From contig DJEW01000016.1 in the NCBI GenBank assembly GCA_002431965.1, positions 29,356 to 61,355 of the forward strand: a DNA stretch of 32,000 bases. The letters are read 5' to 3'. Of this stretch, positions 1 to 8,732 are shown in pieces (the first letter of the stretch is position 1; each line of letters starts with the position of its first letter). The translations under genes were made by a program, and so were the position numbers. This DNA comes from Clostridiales bacterium UBA5888 (GTDB taxonomy: Bacteria; Bacillota; Clostridia; Oscillospirales; Oscillospiraceae). Below the pieces are notes generated by a model that was not told the origin of the DNA, made no database searches, and saw nothing but the letters and a program-made list of their open reading frames with translations.

Positions 1-1
1 C

Positions 2-346
2 GCAGCAGTGAAAGCGGTGAGCGAGTACATAACGCTCGTCAGACCGCAGATGATTGCAACGCCGGATGAACCGTCGCTCTTCGTCAATGTCAGCGGCGAA
101 CGTATGTCCCGTCAGGGCTTTTGGAAGATAATAAAGTACTATCAGAAAAAAGCCGGCATTGAGAAGGACATTACACCGCATACCCTGCGTCATTCGTTTG
201 CCGCGCATCTGCTCGAAAACGGCGCAGATATTCACGCTATACAGGAAATGCTTGGTCACGCCGATATATCCTCCACGCAGGTGTATTCCCATCTCATCAA
301 AAAGCAGCTCAAGGACGTCTACAACAAGGCTCATCCCAGAGCTTAA
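2..346 (+). CDS. xerD: Tyrosine recombinase XerD, C-terminal part (5' end lies outside the window)
   Basis: Frame is open from the window edge. Catalytic C-terminal motifs are present: HTLRHSFAAHLL, LGHADISSTQVYSH (HxxR, H, Y). Confidence 0.85.
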   Translation, partial: AAVKAVSEYITLVRPQMIATPDEPSLFVNVSGERMSRQGFWKIIKYYQKKAGIEKDITPHTLRHSFAAHLLENGADIHAIQEMLGHADISSTQVYSHLIKKQLKDVYNKAHPRA

Positions 347-350
347 TCCC

Positions 351-386
351 AAAACCCTGCACGGCTGCCGTGCAGGGTTTTGGTGT
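351..386 (+). terminator. Intrinsic terminator after xerD
   Basis: 14-bp perfect stem AAAACCCTGCACGG / CCGTGCAGGGTTTT (351-364 / 368-381) with a 3-nt loop, followed by a T-rich tail. Confidence 0.75.
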
Positions 387-392
387 TTGCTG

Positions 393-421
393 TTGCTATC
401 AGAGCTGGGTTATGTTAAAAT
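393..421 (+). promoter_or_regulatory. Sigma-A-like promoter for ruvCAB
   Basis: TTGCTA (393-398), 17-nt spacer, TAAAAT (416-421), about 55 nt upstream of the ruvC start. Confidence 0.4.
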
Positions 422-475
422 CATATAGTATGCAGCGAGGCAAAAACATCATGTGACGGTAAACGGAGGTTTTTG

Positions 476-988
476 ATGTGTATTTTGGGCATTGATCCCG
501 GAATTGCAACAATAGGCTTTGGCGTGCTGGATTTTGAGGGGAAGGACTATAAGCTGCGCAGCTGCGGCGTTATAACGACCCCAGCGCACAACAGCCTTTC
601 TGTCCGTCTGGAACAGATATACGATGATATGCTTCAGCTTTTGGAGCTTTTCAAGCCGGATGCGGTATCCATCGAGGAGCTTTTTTTCAACACAAATATC
701 ACAACCGGCATTTCCGTGGCGCATGGGCGCGGCGTGATCCTCCTTGCATGCCGTAAGGCGGGCGTCAGTGTTTATGAATATACGCCCCTTCAGGTAAAGC
801 AGGCTGTTGTCGGTTATGGGCGCGCAGAAAAAAAGCAGGTCATGGACATGGTCAAGCGCATATGTGCGCTTCCTGCGCCGCCGAAACCGGACGATGCCGC
901 AGATGCCGTTGCTCTCGCTATCTGCCACGCCAGAAGCGCAACATCCTTACTGTATAAAGGAGAGGGAGACGAATGCTCTACCATATAG
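476..988 (+). CDS. ruvC: Crossover junction endodeoxyribonuclease RuvC
   Basis: N-terminus ILGIDPGIATIGFGVLD and C-terminus DAADAVALAICHA are RuvC hallmarks. ATG 476 lies 6 nt after GGAGG (465-469); the ORF-track TTG at 473 is less likely. Confidence 0.9.
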   Translation: MCILGIDPGIATIGFGVLDFEGKDYKLRSCGVITTPAHNSLSVRLEQIYDDMLQLLELFKPDAVSIEELFFNTNITTGISVAHGRGVILLACRKAGVSVYEYTPLQVKQAVVGYGRAEKKQVMDMVKRICALPAPPKPDDAADAVALAICHARSATSLLYKGEGDECSTI

Positions 989-1578
989 ACGGAACGGTTT
1001 CAGAGCTTGAGCCGAACCTCGCAGTCATCGACTGCGGCGGTATAGGCTTTGCGCTGAACATCACGGCGACAACCGCCGCTGCGCTAAAGCCCGGCACAAA
1101 GGCAAAGCTCTATGTTTTTGAAGCGATAGGGGAGACTAACTTTGACCTCTATGGCTTCATAGAAAAAAGCGAGAGACGCTGCTTCACCATGCTCACATCA
1201 GTGTCCGGTATTGGACCAAAGGCGGCGTTATCCATTCTTTCATATAATAGCCCCGAAGCGCTGGCGCTGGCAATAATGAACAACGACGAAAAGGCGCTCA
1301 CCGTGGCTCCCGGTATCGGCAAGCGCATTGCTCAGCGCGTTATACTGGAGCTCAAGGACAAGATCGGCAAGGAGCTTGGCGCGCTCGATTACCAGCCAAT
1401 ACCCGGCGCGGCTGCCATCGAGAGCGGCGCCAGCGGAAATGTGGGCGATGCAATGACAGCCCTGTCCGTGCTTGGCTACAGCAGCGCGGAGGTTGCGCCG
1501 GTGCTGAAGAAGCTGGATGTGAGCGGCATGACGGCAGAGGAAATAATAAAGGCAGTGCTCAGGCACATGGTAAAGTGA
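973..1578 (+). CDS. ruvA: Holliday junction branch migration complex subunit RuvA
   Basis: MLYHIDGTV...IDCGGIGF start, HhH region SVSGIGPKAALSIL / APGIGKRIAQRVILEL, and position between ruvC and ruvB. Overlaps the ruvC end by 16 nt. Confidence 0.9.
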   Translation: MLYHIDGTVSELEPNLAVIDCGGIGFALNITATTAAALKPGTKAKLYVFEAIGETNFDLYGFIEKSERRCFTMLTSVSGIGPKAALSILSYNSPEALALAIMNNDEKALTVAPGIGKRIAQRVILELKDKIGKELGALDYQPIPGAAAIESGASGNVGDAMTALSVLGYSSAEVAPVLKKLDVSGMTAEEIIKAVLRHMVK

Positions 1579-1587
1579 GAATAAAGC

Positions 1588-2628
1588 ATGAGTATCAGTT
1601 TTTCGGAAGACGTCAATGACGAAATGATAACCACGGCCGCGAGCCTCCCTGAGGATAATGCAGAGGGTTCGCTTCGCCCGCGCTCGATAACGGAATATAT
1701 CGGGCAGGAGAAAGCCAAGGAAAACCTCAGCATATTCATCAACGCGGCAAAGATGCGCGGAGAGCCGCTGGATCATGTGCTGCTTCACGGTCCTCCGGGG
1801 TTGGGAAAGACGACGCTTGCGGCGATAATCGCAAACGAGATGGGTGTAAATATGCGCATTACTTCCGGGCCTGCGATAGAAAAACCGGGAGACCTTGTTG
1901 CGATGCTCACAAATCTCAGCGAGGGAGATATACTCTTTGTCGATGAGATACACCGGCTGAACCGCGCGTATGAAGAGATTCTTTATCCCGCAATGGAGGA
2001 TTACGCCATTGATATAATACTCGGCAAAGGACCGTCGGCGAACTCCCTTCACCTTGATCTGCCGCACTTCACGCTCATAGGGGCAACGACGCGCTCAGGA
2101 CAGCTTACAGCGCCGCTGCGTGACCGCTTTGGCGTGGCGCTCCGTCTGGAGCTGTACACCCCTGAGGAGCTGAAACGCATTGTGACGCGGTCGGCAGGCA
2201 TCCTCGGGGTTGAGATCGAGCCGGAAGGCGCATATGAGATCGCATCGCGTTCGCGCGGCACACCAAGGATAGCCAACAGACTGCTGCGCCGCGTGCGCGA
2301 CTATGCGCAGGTCAAGGCAAAGGGTGTGATCACAAAAGCCGTTGCGGACAAGGCGCTTCTCGCGCTTGAGGTTGACAGGCTCGGGCTGGATTCGCTTGAC
2401 CGGCGCATGCTCAAAAGCATTATTGAATTCTATAACGGCGGACCAGTAGGGCTGGACACTCTCGCGGCGACGATAAATGAAGACGCTGTGACGATTGAGG
2501 ATGTATATGAGCCGTATCTGCTGCAAAACGGCTTTCTCACTCGCACTCCCCGCGGCAGGTGTGTCACGCGCCGTGCGTATGAGCACCTTGGAATCGAGTA
2601 TATGGGGCAGCAGCAGATGGACATTTGA
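1588..2628 (+). CDS. ruvB: Holliday junction DNA helicase RuvB
   Basis: [13 protein letters not shown], Walker [12 protein letters not shown], Walker [11 protein letters not shown]-terminal winged-helix region. 346 aa. Confidence 0.95.
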   Translation: MSISFSEDVNDEMITTAASLPEDNAEGSLRPRSITEYIGQEKAKENLSIFINAAKMRGEPLDHVLLHGPPGLGKTTLAAIIANEMGVNMRITSGPAIEKPGDLVAMLTNLSEGDILFVDEIHRLNRAYEEILYPAMEDYAIDIILGKGPSANSLHLDLPHFTLIGATTRSGQLTAPLRDRFGVALRLELYTPEELKRIVTRSAGILGVEIEPEGAYEIASRSRGTPRIANRLLRRVRDYAQVKAKGVITKAVADKALLALEVDRLGLDSLDRRMLKSIIEFYNGGPVGLDTLAATINEDAVTIEDVYEPYLLQNGFLTRTPRGRCVTRRAYEHLGIEYMGQQQMDI

Positions 2629-2700
2629 GCAGGTAAACCCCGATTTTCGCATAATTCACTGGTATCTGTAAAAAAAATCGGGTATTGAACAAAAAAATGG

Positions 2701-2728
2701 TTGACTTTACGGCGGTCTGTTGTATAAT
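2701..2728 (+). promoter_or_regulatory. Near-consensus sigma-A promoter with an A-rich upstream (UP-like) tract
   Basis: TTGACT (2701-2706), 16-nt spacer, TG then TATAAT (2721-2728). A-tracts at 2672-2698. About 235 nt upstream of the zinc-ribbon gene ATG. Confidence 0.55.
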
Positions 2729-2966
2729 ATAACTTGATAGTTGTCATGGTTATATTTGTATTTATGTTTACAATTTGACCTGCATATCTCTTATAACCGT
2801 TTCCGCTTGATCACAAGCAACTTTCAATTGCCCTCTTTTGATCGGTGTCATTTGATTGCTTTGTTTATCCCGCAACGGACGCGGAACACTTTATGGCGAC
2901 ATCAGCGAAGAGCTGTTCGCAAAATACAGCCTAAAACGGCACATTTATCAAAAGAGAGGATTCAAG

Positions 2967-3245
2967 ATGTACGAAGACAAGACCTTAGTTTGCAAAGAGT
3001 GTGGTAATGAGTTCGTTTTTACCGCCGGTGAGCAGGAGTTCTACGCAGAGCGCGGCTTCCAGAACGAGCCCCAGCGCTGCAAGGCCTGCCGTGACGCTCG
3101 CAAGAACGCCGCCCGCGGTCCGCGTGAGTTCTACACCGCAGTTTGCGCAGCTTGCGGCGGCGAGGCAAAGGTTCCTTTCGAGCCCAAGTCTGATCGCCCT
3201 GTCTACTGCAGCGAGTGCTTTGCTAAGATGAGAGAGCAGGCCTGA
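2967..3245 (+). CDS. Small zinc-ribbon protein with four CxxC motifs (zf-trcl / CxxC-x17-CxxC-like)
   Basis: MYEDKTLVCKECGNEFVFTAGEQEFY...RCKACR...CAACGG...YCSECF. ATG 2967 is preceded by AGAGAGGA. The upstream TTG extension (2856) has no RBS. Confidence 0.75.
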   Translation: MYEDKTLVCKECGNEFVFTAGEQEFYAERGFQNEPQRCKACRDARKNAARGPREFYTAVCAACGGEAKVPFEPKSDRPVYCSECFAKMREQA

Positions 3246-3256
3246 TCGCCTGTGAG

Positions 3257-3290
3257 AAATTGGGGCGCTCCGGCGTCCCAATTTTATTAT
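3257..3290 (+). terminator. Intrinsic terminator after the zinc-ribbon gene
   Basis: Stem AAATTGGGGCGC / GCGTCCCAATTT (one mismatch), followed by TTTATTATT. Confidence 0.6.
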
Positions 3291-3310
3291 TGCTATGAAA
3301 GGTGAATGTT

Positions 3311-3511
3311 ATGGAGATCACTAGAGAGACCTTAATTTCCGAGATCGTTGACAGCTGCCCGGAGGCTATGCCTGCATTTCAGGCAATTGGAATGCACTGC
3401 ATGGGCTGCGCCCTCGCCAGCGGTGAAACTCTTGAGCAGGCCTGTGCTGCCCACGGCGTTGACCCGGATGAGTTTCTTGCCAGTCTCAAGGCATATCTCG
3501 AAACGCTCTGA
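3311..3511 (+). CDS. DUF1858 / hybrid-cluster-protein-associated redox disulfide domain protein
   Basis: About 66 aa with the family-typical ITRETLISEIVDSCPEAMPAFQAIGMHCMGCALASGETLEQAC. ATG 3311 lies 6 nt after AAGGTG. Confidence 0.7.
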   Translation: MEITRETLISEIVDSCPEAMPAFQAIGMHCMGCALASGETLEQACAAHGVDPDEFLASLKAYLETL

Positions 3512-3541
3512 GTCCAGATCGGATAGTGTAAAGGGGTGCGT

Positions 3542-4252
3542 ATGAACGCACCCTATATTTATATACATATGAACAAACGACTTAAACTAATTTCAACGCT
3601 TATTCCTGCCGGCGTTGGCTTTGCGGACGTCGGCACTGATCATGGCTATCTCCCCGTGTATATGGCTAAAAGCGGTTACAATGGAAACATCATCGCCTCG
3701 GACCTTCGCCCGGATCCGCTCTCCTGCGCAATTGCAGCGGCACAGGAAGCACACGTCGAGGACACAATTAGCTTCCGCCTTTGCGACGGGCTGGACGGCA
3801 TTGCGCCTGACGCGGTAGATACCATCGTCATTGCCGGCATGGGCGGGGACACAATCTGCGGTATACTCGACCGTGCTGAGTGGTGCATGGATGCGCGGTT
3901 TCTGCTTATATTGCAGCCTATGACAAAGGCGGAAATACTGCGTTATTGGCTGACGAACAACGGTTTCGCCATAACACAGGAGCACCTTGTGCGCGACGCA
4001 GGAGAAATATATCAGCTCATCACAACGCGCTTCGGCGGGGAAACCGCGCTTTGCGATGCAGAGCTTTTTACCGGCTGTTATCCGCTCGTGCGTAACCGCC
4101 CGCTCTTTCAGGAGCATCTTGACGAACAGATACGCCGTTTTGAGAAAGCGATTGCCGGTATGACCAGGGCGAGGCGCATAATAGGGCGCAGGACGCTGAA
4201 CGAGGAGATTTTAAGGGAACTATATAAGATGCGTGAGGATATGCAGAAATGA
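3542..4252 (+). CDS. trmK: tRNA (adenine(22)-N1)-methyltransferase TrmK
   Basis: KRLKLISTLIP...ADVGTDHGYLPVYM...IAGMGGDTI resembles B. subtilis TrmK/YqfN, and a nif3 homologue is adjacent as in yqfN-yqfO. Start is ambiguous: 3542 has an RBS, 3569 is the alternative. Confidence 0.8.
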   Translation: MNAPYIYIHMNKRLKLISTLIPAGVGFADVGTDHGYLPVYMAKSGYNGNIIASDLRPDPLSCAIAAAQEAHVEDTISFRLCDGLDGIAPDAVDTIVIAGMGGDTICGILDRAEWCMDARFLLILQPMTKAEILRYWLTNNGFAITQEHLVRDAGEIYQLITTRFGGETALCDAELFTGCYPLVRNRPLFQEHLDEQIRRFEKAIAGMTRARRIIGRRTLNEEILRELYKMREDMQK

Positions 4253-5001
4253 GAACAACAGGTGAAATATATGATTATCTTAAAACGGTCGCACCGCTTG
4301 AGCTTCAGCTGGGATTCGATAATTCCGGCTTTCAGCTCGGTCGGCTCAGCGCAGAGGTCAACCGTGCGATGCTCGCACTGGATGTTACGCGGGAGGTCAT
4401 TGACGAAGCATCTGTGTGCGGTGCGGAGCTTATAATTTCACACCACCCGCTCATATTTACCCCGGTAAGATGCATAAACGATGAAAAGCTCCTGCGTCTC
4501 GCCGAGCTCGGCATTTCGGTTATATCCATGCATACAAATCTTGATATAGCCGAGGGCGGGGTGAACGATGTGCTCATCTCGCTTATAGGCGCAAAGTGTG
4601 AAGGAGCGTTGGATGCAGACGGCTGCGGGCGCATTGGTCTGCTGCGGGAGGCAACGCCGCTTGATGCGTTTCTTCTGCATTGCAAAGCGGCGCTTGGCAC
4701 GAACGGACTGCGCTATTACGATGCAGGGCGCGCGGTACACCGCGTTGCCGTCATGGGCGGTGCGGGCAGCGACAGCGTGCGCACGGCGTTTGAAAAGGAC
4801 TGTGATACTTATCTCACGGCGGATATTAAATATCATCACTTTCTTGAGGCAAAGGAGCTTGGCATAAACCTCATTGACGGCGATCATTTCTGCACGGAAA
4901 ACCCTGTCATCCCTGTTCTGGCAGAGAGACTGCGCGGTGAATTTCCGGATGTGGATTTCCGCGTGTCGCAGATACACAAACAGGTCATTTCGTTCATGTA
5001 A
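4249..5001 (+). CDS. Nif3-like dinuclear metal centre protein (YqfO/GTP cyclohydrolase 1 type 2 homologue)
   Basis: ELIISHHPLIF, SMHTNLD, GDHFCTE motifs. ATGA overlap with the trmK stop. Confidence 0.85.
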   Translation: MRTTGEIYDYLKTVAPLELQLGFDNSGFQLGRLSAEVNRAMLALDVTREVIDEASVCGAELIISHHPLIFTPVRCINDEKLLRLAELGISVISMHTNLDIAEGGVNDVLISLIGAKCEGALDADGCGRIGLLREATPLDAFLLHCKAALGTNGLRYYDAGRAVHRVAVMGGAGSDSVRTAFEKDCDTYLTADIKYHHFLEAKELGINLIDGDHFCTENPVIPVLAERLRGEFPDVDFRVSQIHKQVISFM

Positions 5002-5018
5002 ACGTACTGCGTGACTCT

Positions 5019-5047
5019 GCATATTCAGACCTCCGCTCTCATAGACT
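5019..5047 (+). promoter_or_regulatory. Sigma-E-type (mother-cell) promoter candidate for spoIVA
   Basis: GCATATT (5019-5025), 14-nt spacer, CATAGACT (5040-5047). Against the B. subtilis sigma-E consensus as I recall it (ZHATAXX-N14-CATACAHT) this matches 7/7 and 7/8. Lies about 40 nt upstream of ATG 5086. Confidence 0.45.
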
Positions 5048-5085
5048 CGTACAAACGAGAACATGGGAGCGGAGGCTTTATCATT

Positions 5086-6564
5086 ATGACTGATACCAAC
5101 ATATATCGGGATATTGCGGCACGAACGAACGGGGCTTTCATGCTCGGCGTTGTCGGTCCTGTGCGCACGGGAAAATCCACCTTCATCAAGCGTTTTATGG
5201 AGAAGCTTGTCATACCTCAGATCGACAACACATACATGCGTGAGCGCGCAAAGGATGAGCTGCCGCAAAGCGGTTCCGGAAAGACTATCATGACGGCAGA
5301 GCCGAAGTTCGTCCCAGAGGACGCGGTGACGATAAGCATCGACGAGAGCACCGAGGTGTCCGTGCGCCTTGTAGACTGCGTAGGCTATATGGTTGACGGA
5401 GCTGCCGGACAGTTCGAGGACGGAGCGGAGCGGCTTGTCACAACGCCCTGGTTCGACCATGAAGTGACGCTGACAGAAGCGGCTGAAAAGGGAACGCACA
5501 AAGTCATTGCCGAGCACTCGACAATTGGCATTGTTGTAACGTGCGACGGCAGCATATGTGACATCCCACGCGAGAGATACGCCGCACCGGAAGCACGTGT
5601 GATCAGCGAGCTTCAGCAGATAGGAAAGCCCTTTATCGTGCTCCTCAACAGCACCGACCCTCAGTCTGCATCGGCGCAGATACTCGCCGCAGATATTTCC
5701 GAGCAGTACGATGTCAGATGCATGTGCGTCAACTGCCTTGAACTGGATGAGACGGGTATTGCGGAAATCATCGGCTCTGTGCTGGAGGAATTCCCGATCA
5801 AGTCTATCGGCTTCTACCTGCCGGAATGGCTGGACGCGCTGCCGGATGACAACGCGCTCAAAACCGATATTTACGAAAAAATATGTGAATGCACTGCCGG
5901 CGCAGAGAAAATAAAGGACTGCGCAAGCGCGGCGGATAGACTGGCAGAGCAGGAAAATATCGGCAGCGTGAGAATAGACCGCCGCGATCTCGGATCGGGC
6001 GCGATAGGCGTGACAGTAGAGCTTCCGCGGTCTCTCTATTACCGGACTATCAGCGAACAGACTGGTATTGAGATCAAAAACGATGGCGACCTCATCTCCA
6101 CGCTTGCAGAGATGAGCGAGGTAAAGCTTGATTATGACAAGCTCCGCACCGCGCTTGAGGATGTGCGCACGAAGGGATACGGCGTTGTAATGCCTGATTC
6201 CAGTCAGATGCAGCTTGAAGAGCCGCAGATTGTGCGTCAGGGCGGTAAGTACAGCGTGAAGCTCAAGGCGAGCGCGCCTGCGATACATATGCTGATGACA
6301 AATGTTGAGACGGAGGTCACGCCCGCGATAGGCAGCGAGACCGCATCCGAAGACATTATAAACTTTCTTCTGCAGGGCTTTGACGGCGACGTTAACCGTA
6401 TCTGGCAGTCGAATATCTTCGGCAAATCGCTCTACGACATAGCGGAGGAGGGGTTGACGAGCAAGATAGAGGGGCTTCCGGAGAGTGCGAAAGCAAAGCT
6501 TCAGGAGACCTTGCAGAGGATAATAAACGAGGGGAGCGGAGGGCTTATCTGTATCCTGCTCTGA
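5086..6564 (+). CDS. spoIVA: Stage IV sporulation protein A (spore coat morphogenetic ATPase)
   Basis: NIYRDIAARTNGAFMLGVVGPVRTGKSTFIKRFME Walker A region. Length is 492 aa from ATG 5086 (GGAGCGGAGG upstream), typical for SpoIVA. Confidence 0.92.
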   Translation: MTDTNIYRDIAARTNGAFMLGVVGPVRTGKSTFIKRFMEKLVIPQIDNTYMRERAKDELPQSGSGKTIMTAEPKFVPEDAVTISIDESTEVSVRLVDCVGYMVDGAAGQFEDGAERLVTTPWFDHEVTLTEAAEKGTHKVIAEHSTIGIVVTCDGSICDIPRERYAAPEARVISELQQIGKPFIVLLNSTDPQSASAQILAADISEQYDVRCMCVNCLELDETGIAEIIGSVLEEFPIKSIGFYLPEWLDALPDDNALKTDIYEKICECTAGAEKIKDCASAADRLAEQENIGSVRIDRRDLGSGAIGVTVELPRSLYYRTISEQTGIEIKNDGDLISTLAEMSEVKLDYDKLRTALEDVRTKGYGVVMPDSSQMQLEEPQIVRQGGKYSVKLKASAPAIHMLMTNVETEVTPAIGSETASEDIINFLLQGFDGDVNRIWQSNIFGKSLYDIAEEGLTSKIEGLPESAKAKLQETLQRIINEGSGGLICILL

Positions 6565-6616
6565 GCGGCATTATAATTGACTATAGCCGCGCGAGCATAT
6601 ATAATGAGGTGAATGA

Positions 6617-7342
6617 ATGTCAAGGTCCTTTTTGGTTATCAGCAAAAAGCAGGTCGTCGGTGCAGTGACAGCGCTGGCTGTGTTTGCTGCGCTCTCGGCG
6701 TTCGCTGCGAATTTTGACCGCACAAAAGCCGTGTCCACAGCCGCACAGAATAACAAATATACCCTTGTGATAGACGCCGGGCACGGCGGCATCGACGGCG
6801 GAGCGATAGGCGCGGACGGTTCGCGCGAGAGCGACATCAACCTTGCCATCGCGCTGAGATTGCAGGCAGTTTCGTCATTTTGCGGACAGAACGCCGTCAT
6901 GACGCGCACGGACGATGAAAGCCGAGCAGCCAACGCCCTTACATACAGTGAGCACGAGGAGCTTGTTTACCGCACGGATGTGGTCAAGGCTACGCCAAAC
7001 CCGGTGCTTCTGAGCATACACCAGAACTTTTACCCCACGGCCCAGCCCAGCGGCGCTCAGGTACTCTATTCCGTAAACGGCAAGAGCGAGGCGTTAGGAA
7101 AGCTTATGCATCAAAATCTCGTCTCTGCGCTTGATCCGCAGAACAGGCGCGTCGCCGAGCCGGATAAAAATAAGCTCTATATTCTTTCAAACGTTGATTG
7201 CCCGGCGATACTTGTAGAGTGCGGCTTTGTTTCCAATCATTCCGATGTTACAAAGCTCACGGACAGCCGCTATCAGACCGCGCTGTCGACCGTGCTGTTG
7301 GCAACGTTCATTCAGTTCGAGAATTCAGCCCAATATACATAA
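6617..7342 (+). CDS. cwlD: N-acetylmuramoyl-L-alanine amidase, CwlD-like (germination-specific)
   Basis: N-terminal TM segment, then LVIDAGHGGIDGGAIG...SRESDINLAIALRL and ILVECGFVSN (Amidase_3). About 240 aa in a sporulation neighbourhood. Confidence 0.75.
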   Translation: MSRSFLVISKKQVVGAVTALAVFAALSAFAANFDRTKAVSTAAQNNKYTLVIDAGHGGIDGGAIGADGSRESDINLAIALRLQAVSSFCGQNAVMTRTDDESRAANALTYSEHEELVYRTDVVKATPNPVLLSIHQNFYPTAQPSGAQVLYSVNGKSEALGKLMHQNLVSALDPQNRRVAEPDKNKLYILSNVDCPAILVECGFVSNHSDVTKLTDSRYQTALSTVLLATFIQFENSAQYT

Positions 7343-7358
7343 ATACGAGGAATTTATT

Positions 7359-8732
7359 ATGGCAGCCAAACAAAAGACAATATACTGCTGTTCTGAATGT
7401 GGCAACGAGACTGCAAACTGGGCGGGCAAATGCCCTGCCTGCGGCGCATGGAACACACTCACAGAAGTCAGGCTCGACACATCCGGTACGCGCGGAAAAT
7501 CAGCCGCGCGTACAGCGCGTAAAATCGTGAATGTAAAGAAAATGTCCGAGCTTGACATGACGGCGGAAATACGCTTTTCCACAGGCATATCGGAATTTGA
7601 CCGCGTTCTCGGCGGAGGTGCGGTCGTCGGGGCGCTGGTGCTCGTCGGCGGCGCGCCCGGCATTGGCAAATCGACGCTGCTGCTGCAAATGTGCGGGAAA
7701 GTGGGCGGCAAACGCATTCTCTATGTCACCGGCGAAGAGAGCGAACGTCAGCTCAAGCTGCGTGCTGTGCGCCTCGGCGTTGACGGTGGGGAGATATATG
7801 TGCTTGCGGAAACGGATATTGACAGCATCACTGCCTCCATTGATGAGGTTCAGCCTGATATTGTTATCATCGATTCTATCCAGACCGTGTCCGATGCAGA
7901 TATAAGCTCCGCCCCAGGCAGTATTACGCAGGTGCGCGAGTGCACCATGCGCCTTATGCGCGTGACGAAGGAAAAGGGACTGACAATGTTTGTTGTGGGG
8001 CACATCAACAAAGAGGGAAGTATTGCCGGACCCAAGGTGCTGGAGCACATGGTCGACTGCGTGCTCTATTTCGAGGGAGAGCGCAGCACAAGCTTTCGTA
8101 TCCTGCGCGCAGCAAAGAACCGCTTTGGCTCTACAAATGAAATAGGCGTGTTTGAAATGGTGGACAATGGGCTAAAGTGCGTGGATAATCCGTCAGAAAT
8201 GCTGCTGTCCGGACGACCGGAGGACAGTCCCGGCACATGCGTCGCCTGCGTGGTTGAGGGCACGCGCCCGATACTCGCGGAGGTTCAGGCGCTGCTGTGT
8301 CCTTCCGGGTACAATGCAGCACGCCGCAGCAATGGAATCGACTATAACCGCGCGGCGATGCTGCTGGCAGTGCTGGAAAAGCGCGGTGGGCTTCCGGTAT
8401 CAAACTGCGATTCGTATATCAACGTCATCGGCGGGCTGTTTCTTGACGAGCCTGCTGCCGATCTCGCCACGATCCTTGCCATCGCGTCCAGTTACCTTGA
8501 CCGTGCCCTCGGCGCTGACCTTGCAGCCATCGGCGAAGTCGGGCTGTCAGGTGAGATACGCTCCGTCAATGCGCTCAACCAGCGCCTTACAGAGATCTCG
8601 CGCCTCGGCTTCAAGCGCTGTGTTATTCCGGCGCATGTGCGCGGTGAGGTGAAGAGCTTTGAAGGGATGACGCTTATACCTGTAAACAATGTGCGCGAGG
8701 CGGTGCGCGCGGTGCTGGGCAAGAATGGCTGA
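7359..8732 (+). CDS. radA: DNA repair protein RadA/Sms
   Basis: Zinc finger YCCSECGNETANWAGKCPACGAWNT, Walker A GGAPGIGKSTLLLQ, KNRFG motif, Lon-like C-terminus. ATG 7359 follows ACGAGG. The 5' extension in the ORF track overlaps cwlD and is rejected. Confidence 0.93.
   Translation: MAAKQKTIYCCSECGNETANWAGKCPACGAWNTLTEVRLDTSGTRGKSAARTARKIVNVKKMSELDMTAEIRFSTGISEFDRVLGGGAVVGALVLVGGAPGIGKSTLLLQMCGKVGGKRILYVTGEESERQLKLRAVRLGVDGGEIYVLAETDIDSITASIDEVQPDIVIIDSIQTVSDADISSAPGSITQVRECTMRLMRVTKEKGLTMFVVGHINKEGSIAGPKVLEHMVDCVLYFEGERSTSFRILRAAKNRFGSTNEIGVFEMVDNGLKCVDNPSEMLLSGRPEDSPGTCVACVVEGTRPILAEVQALLCPSGYNAARRSNGIDYNRAAMLLAVLEKRGGLPVSNCDSYINVIGGLFLDEPAADLATILAIASSYLDRALGADLAAIGEVGLSGEIRSVNALNQRLTEISRLGFKRCVIPAHVRGEVKSFEGMTLIPVNNVREAVRAVLGKNG

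Noticed and set aside
2641-2686. Hairpin CCCGATTTT...AAAATCGGG after ruvB as a possible terminator
   Set aside because: The loop is 26 nt and no T-tract follows the stem, so it is not convincing as an intrinsic terminator. The A-runs are more plausibly the UP-like element of the adjacent promoter.
4438-6288. 616-aa ORF on the minus strand, antisense to nif3 and spoIVA
   Set aside because: It is Arg/Ala/Cys/His-rich, has no RBS and no recognisable motif, and lies fully opposite two confidently identified genes. This is a typical shadow ORF in high-GC DNA. The same reasoning applies to 1240-2067 (-), 12364-13446 (+), 14818-15987 (-), 22597-23385 (+), 24376-25068 (-) and 28894-29646 (+).
6577-6605. 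Perfect-looking sigma-A promoter TTGACT-17-TATAAT upstream of cwlD
   Set aside because: The -10 ends only 11 nt before the ATG at 6617, so the predicted TSS would fall inside or after the GAGGTG RBS. It may be fortuitous or may imply a near-leaderless transcript. I could not find a convincing sigma-E or sigma-G motif for cwlD either.
7227-7358. Upstream extension of the radA ORF (also the spoIVA extension from 5011, zinc-ribbon from 2856, livF from 19144, livJ-like from 15085 and glnN to 30177)
   Set aside because: The extensions overlap preceding genes or lack an RBS. Internal ATGs are preceded by good Shine-Dalgarno sequences and give the N-termini and lengths typical of each family.
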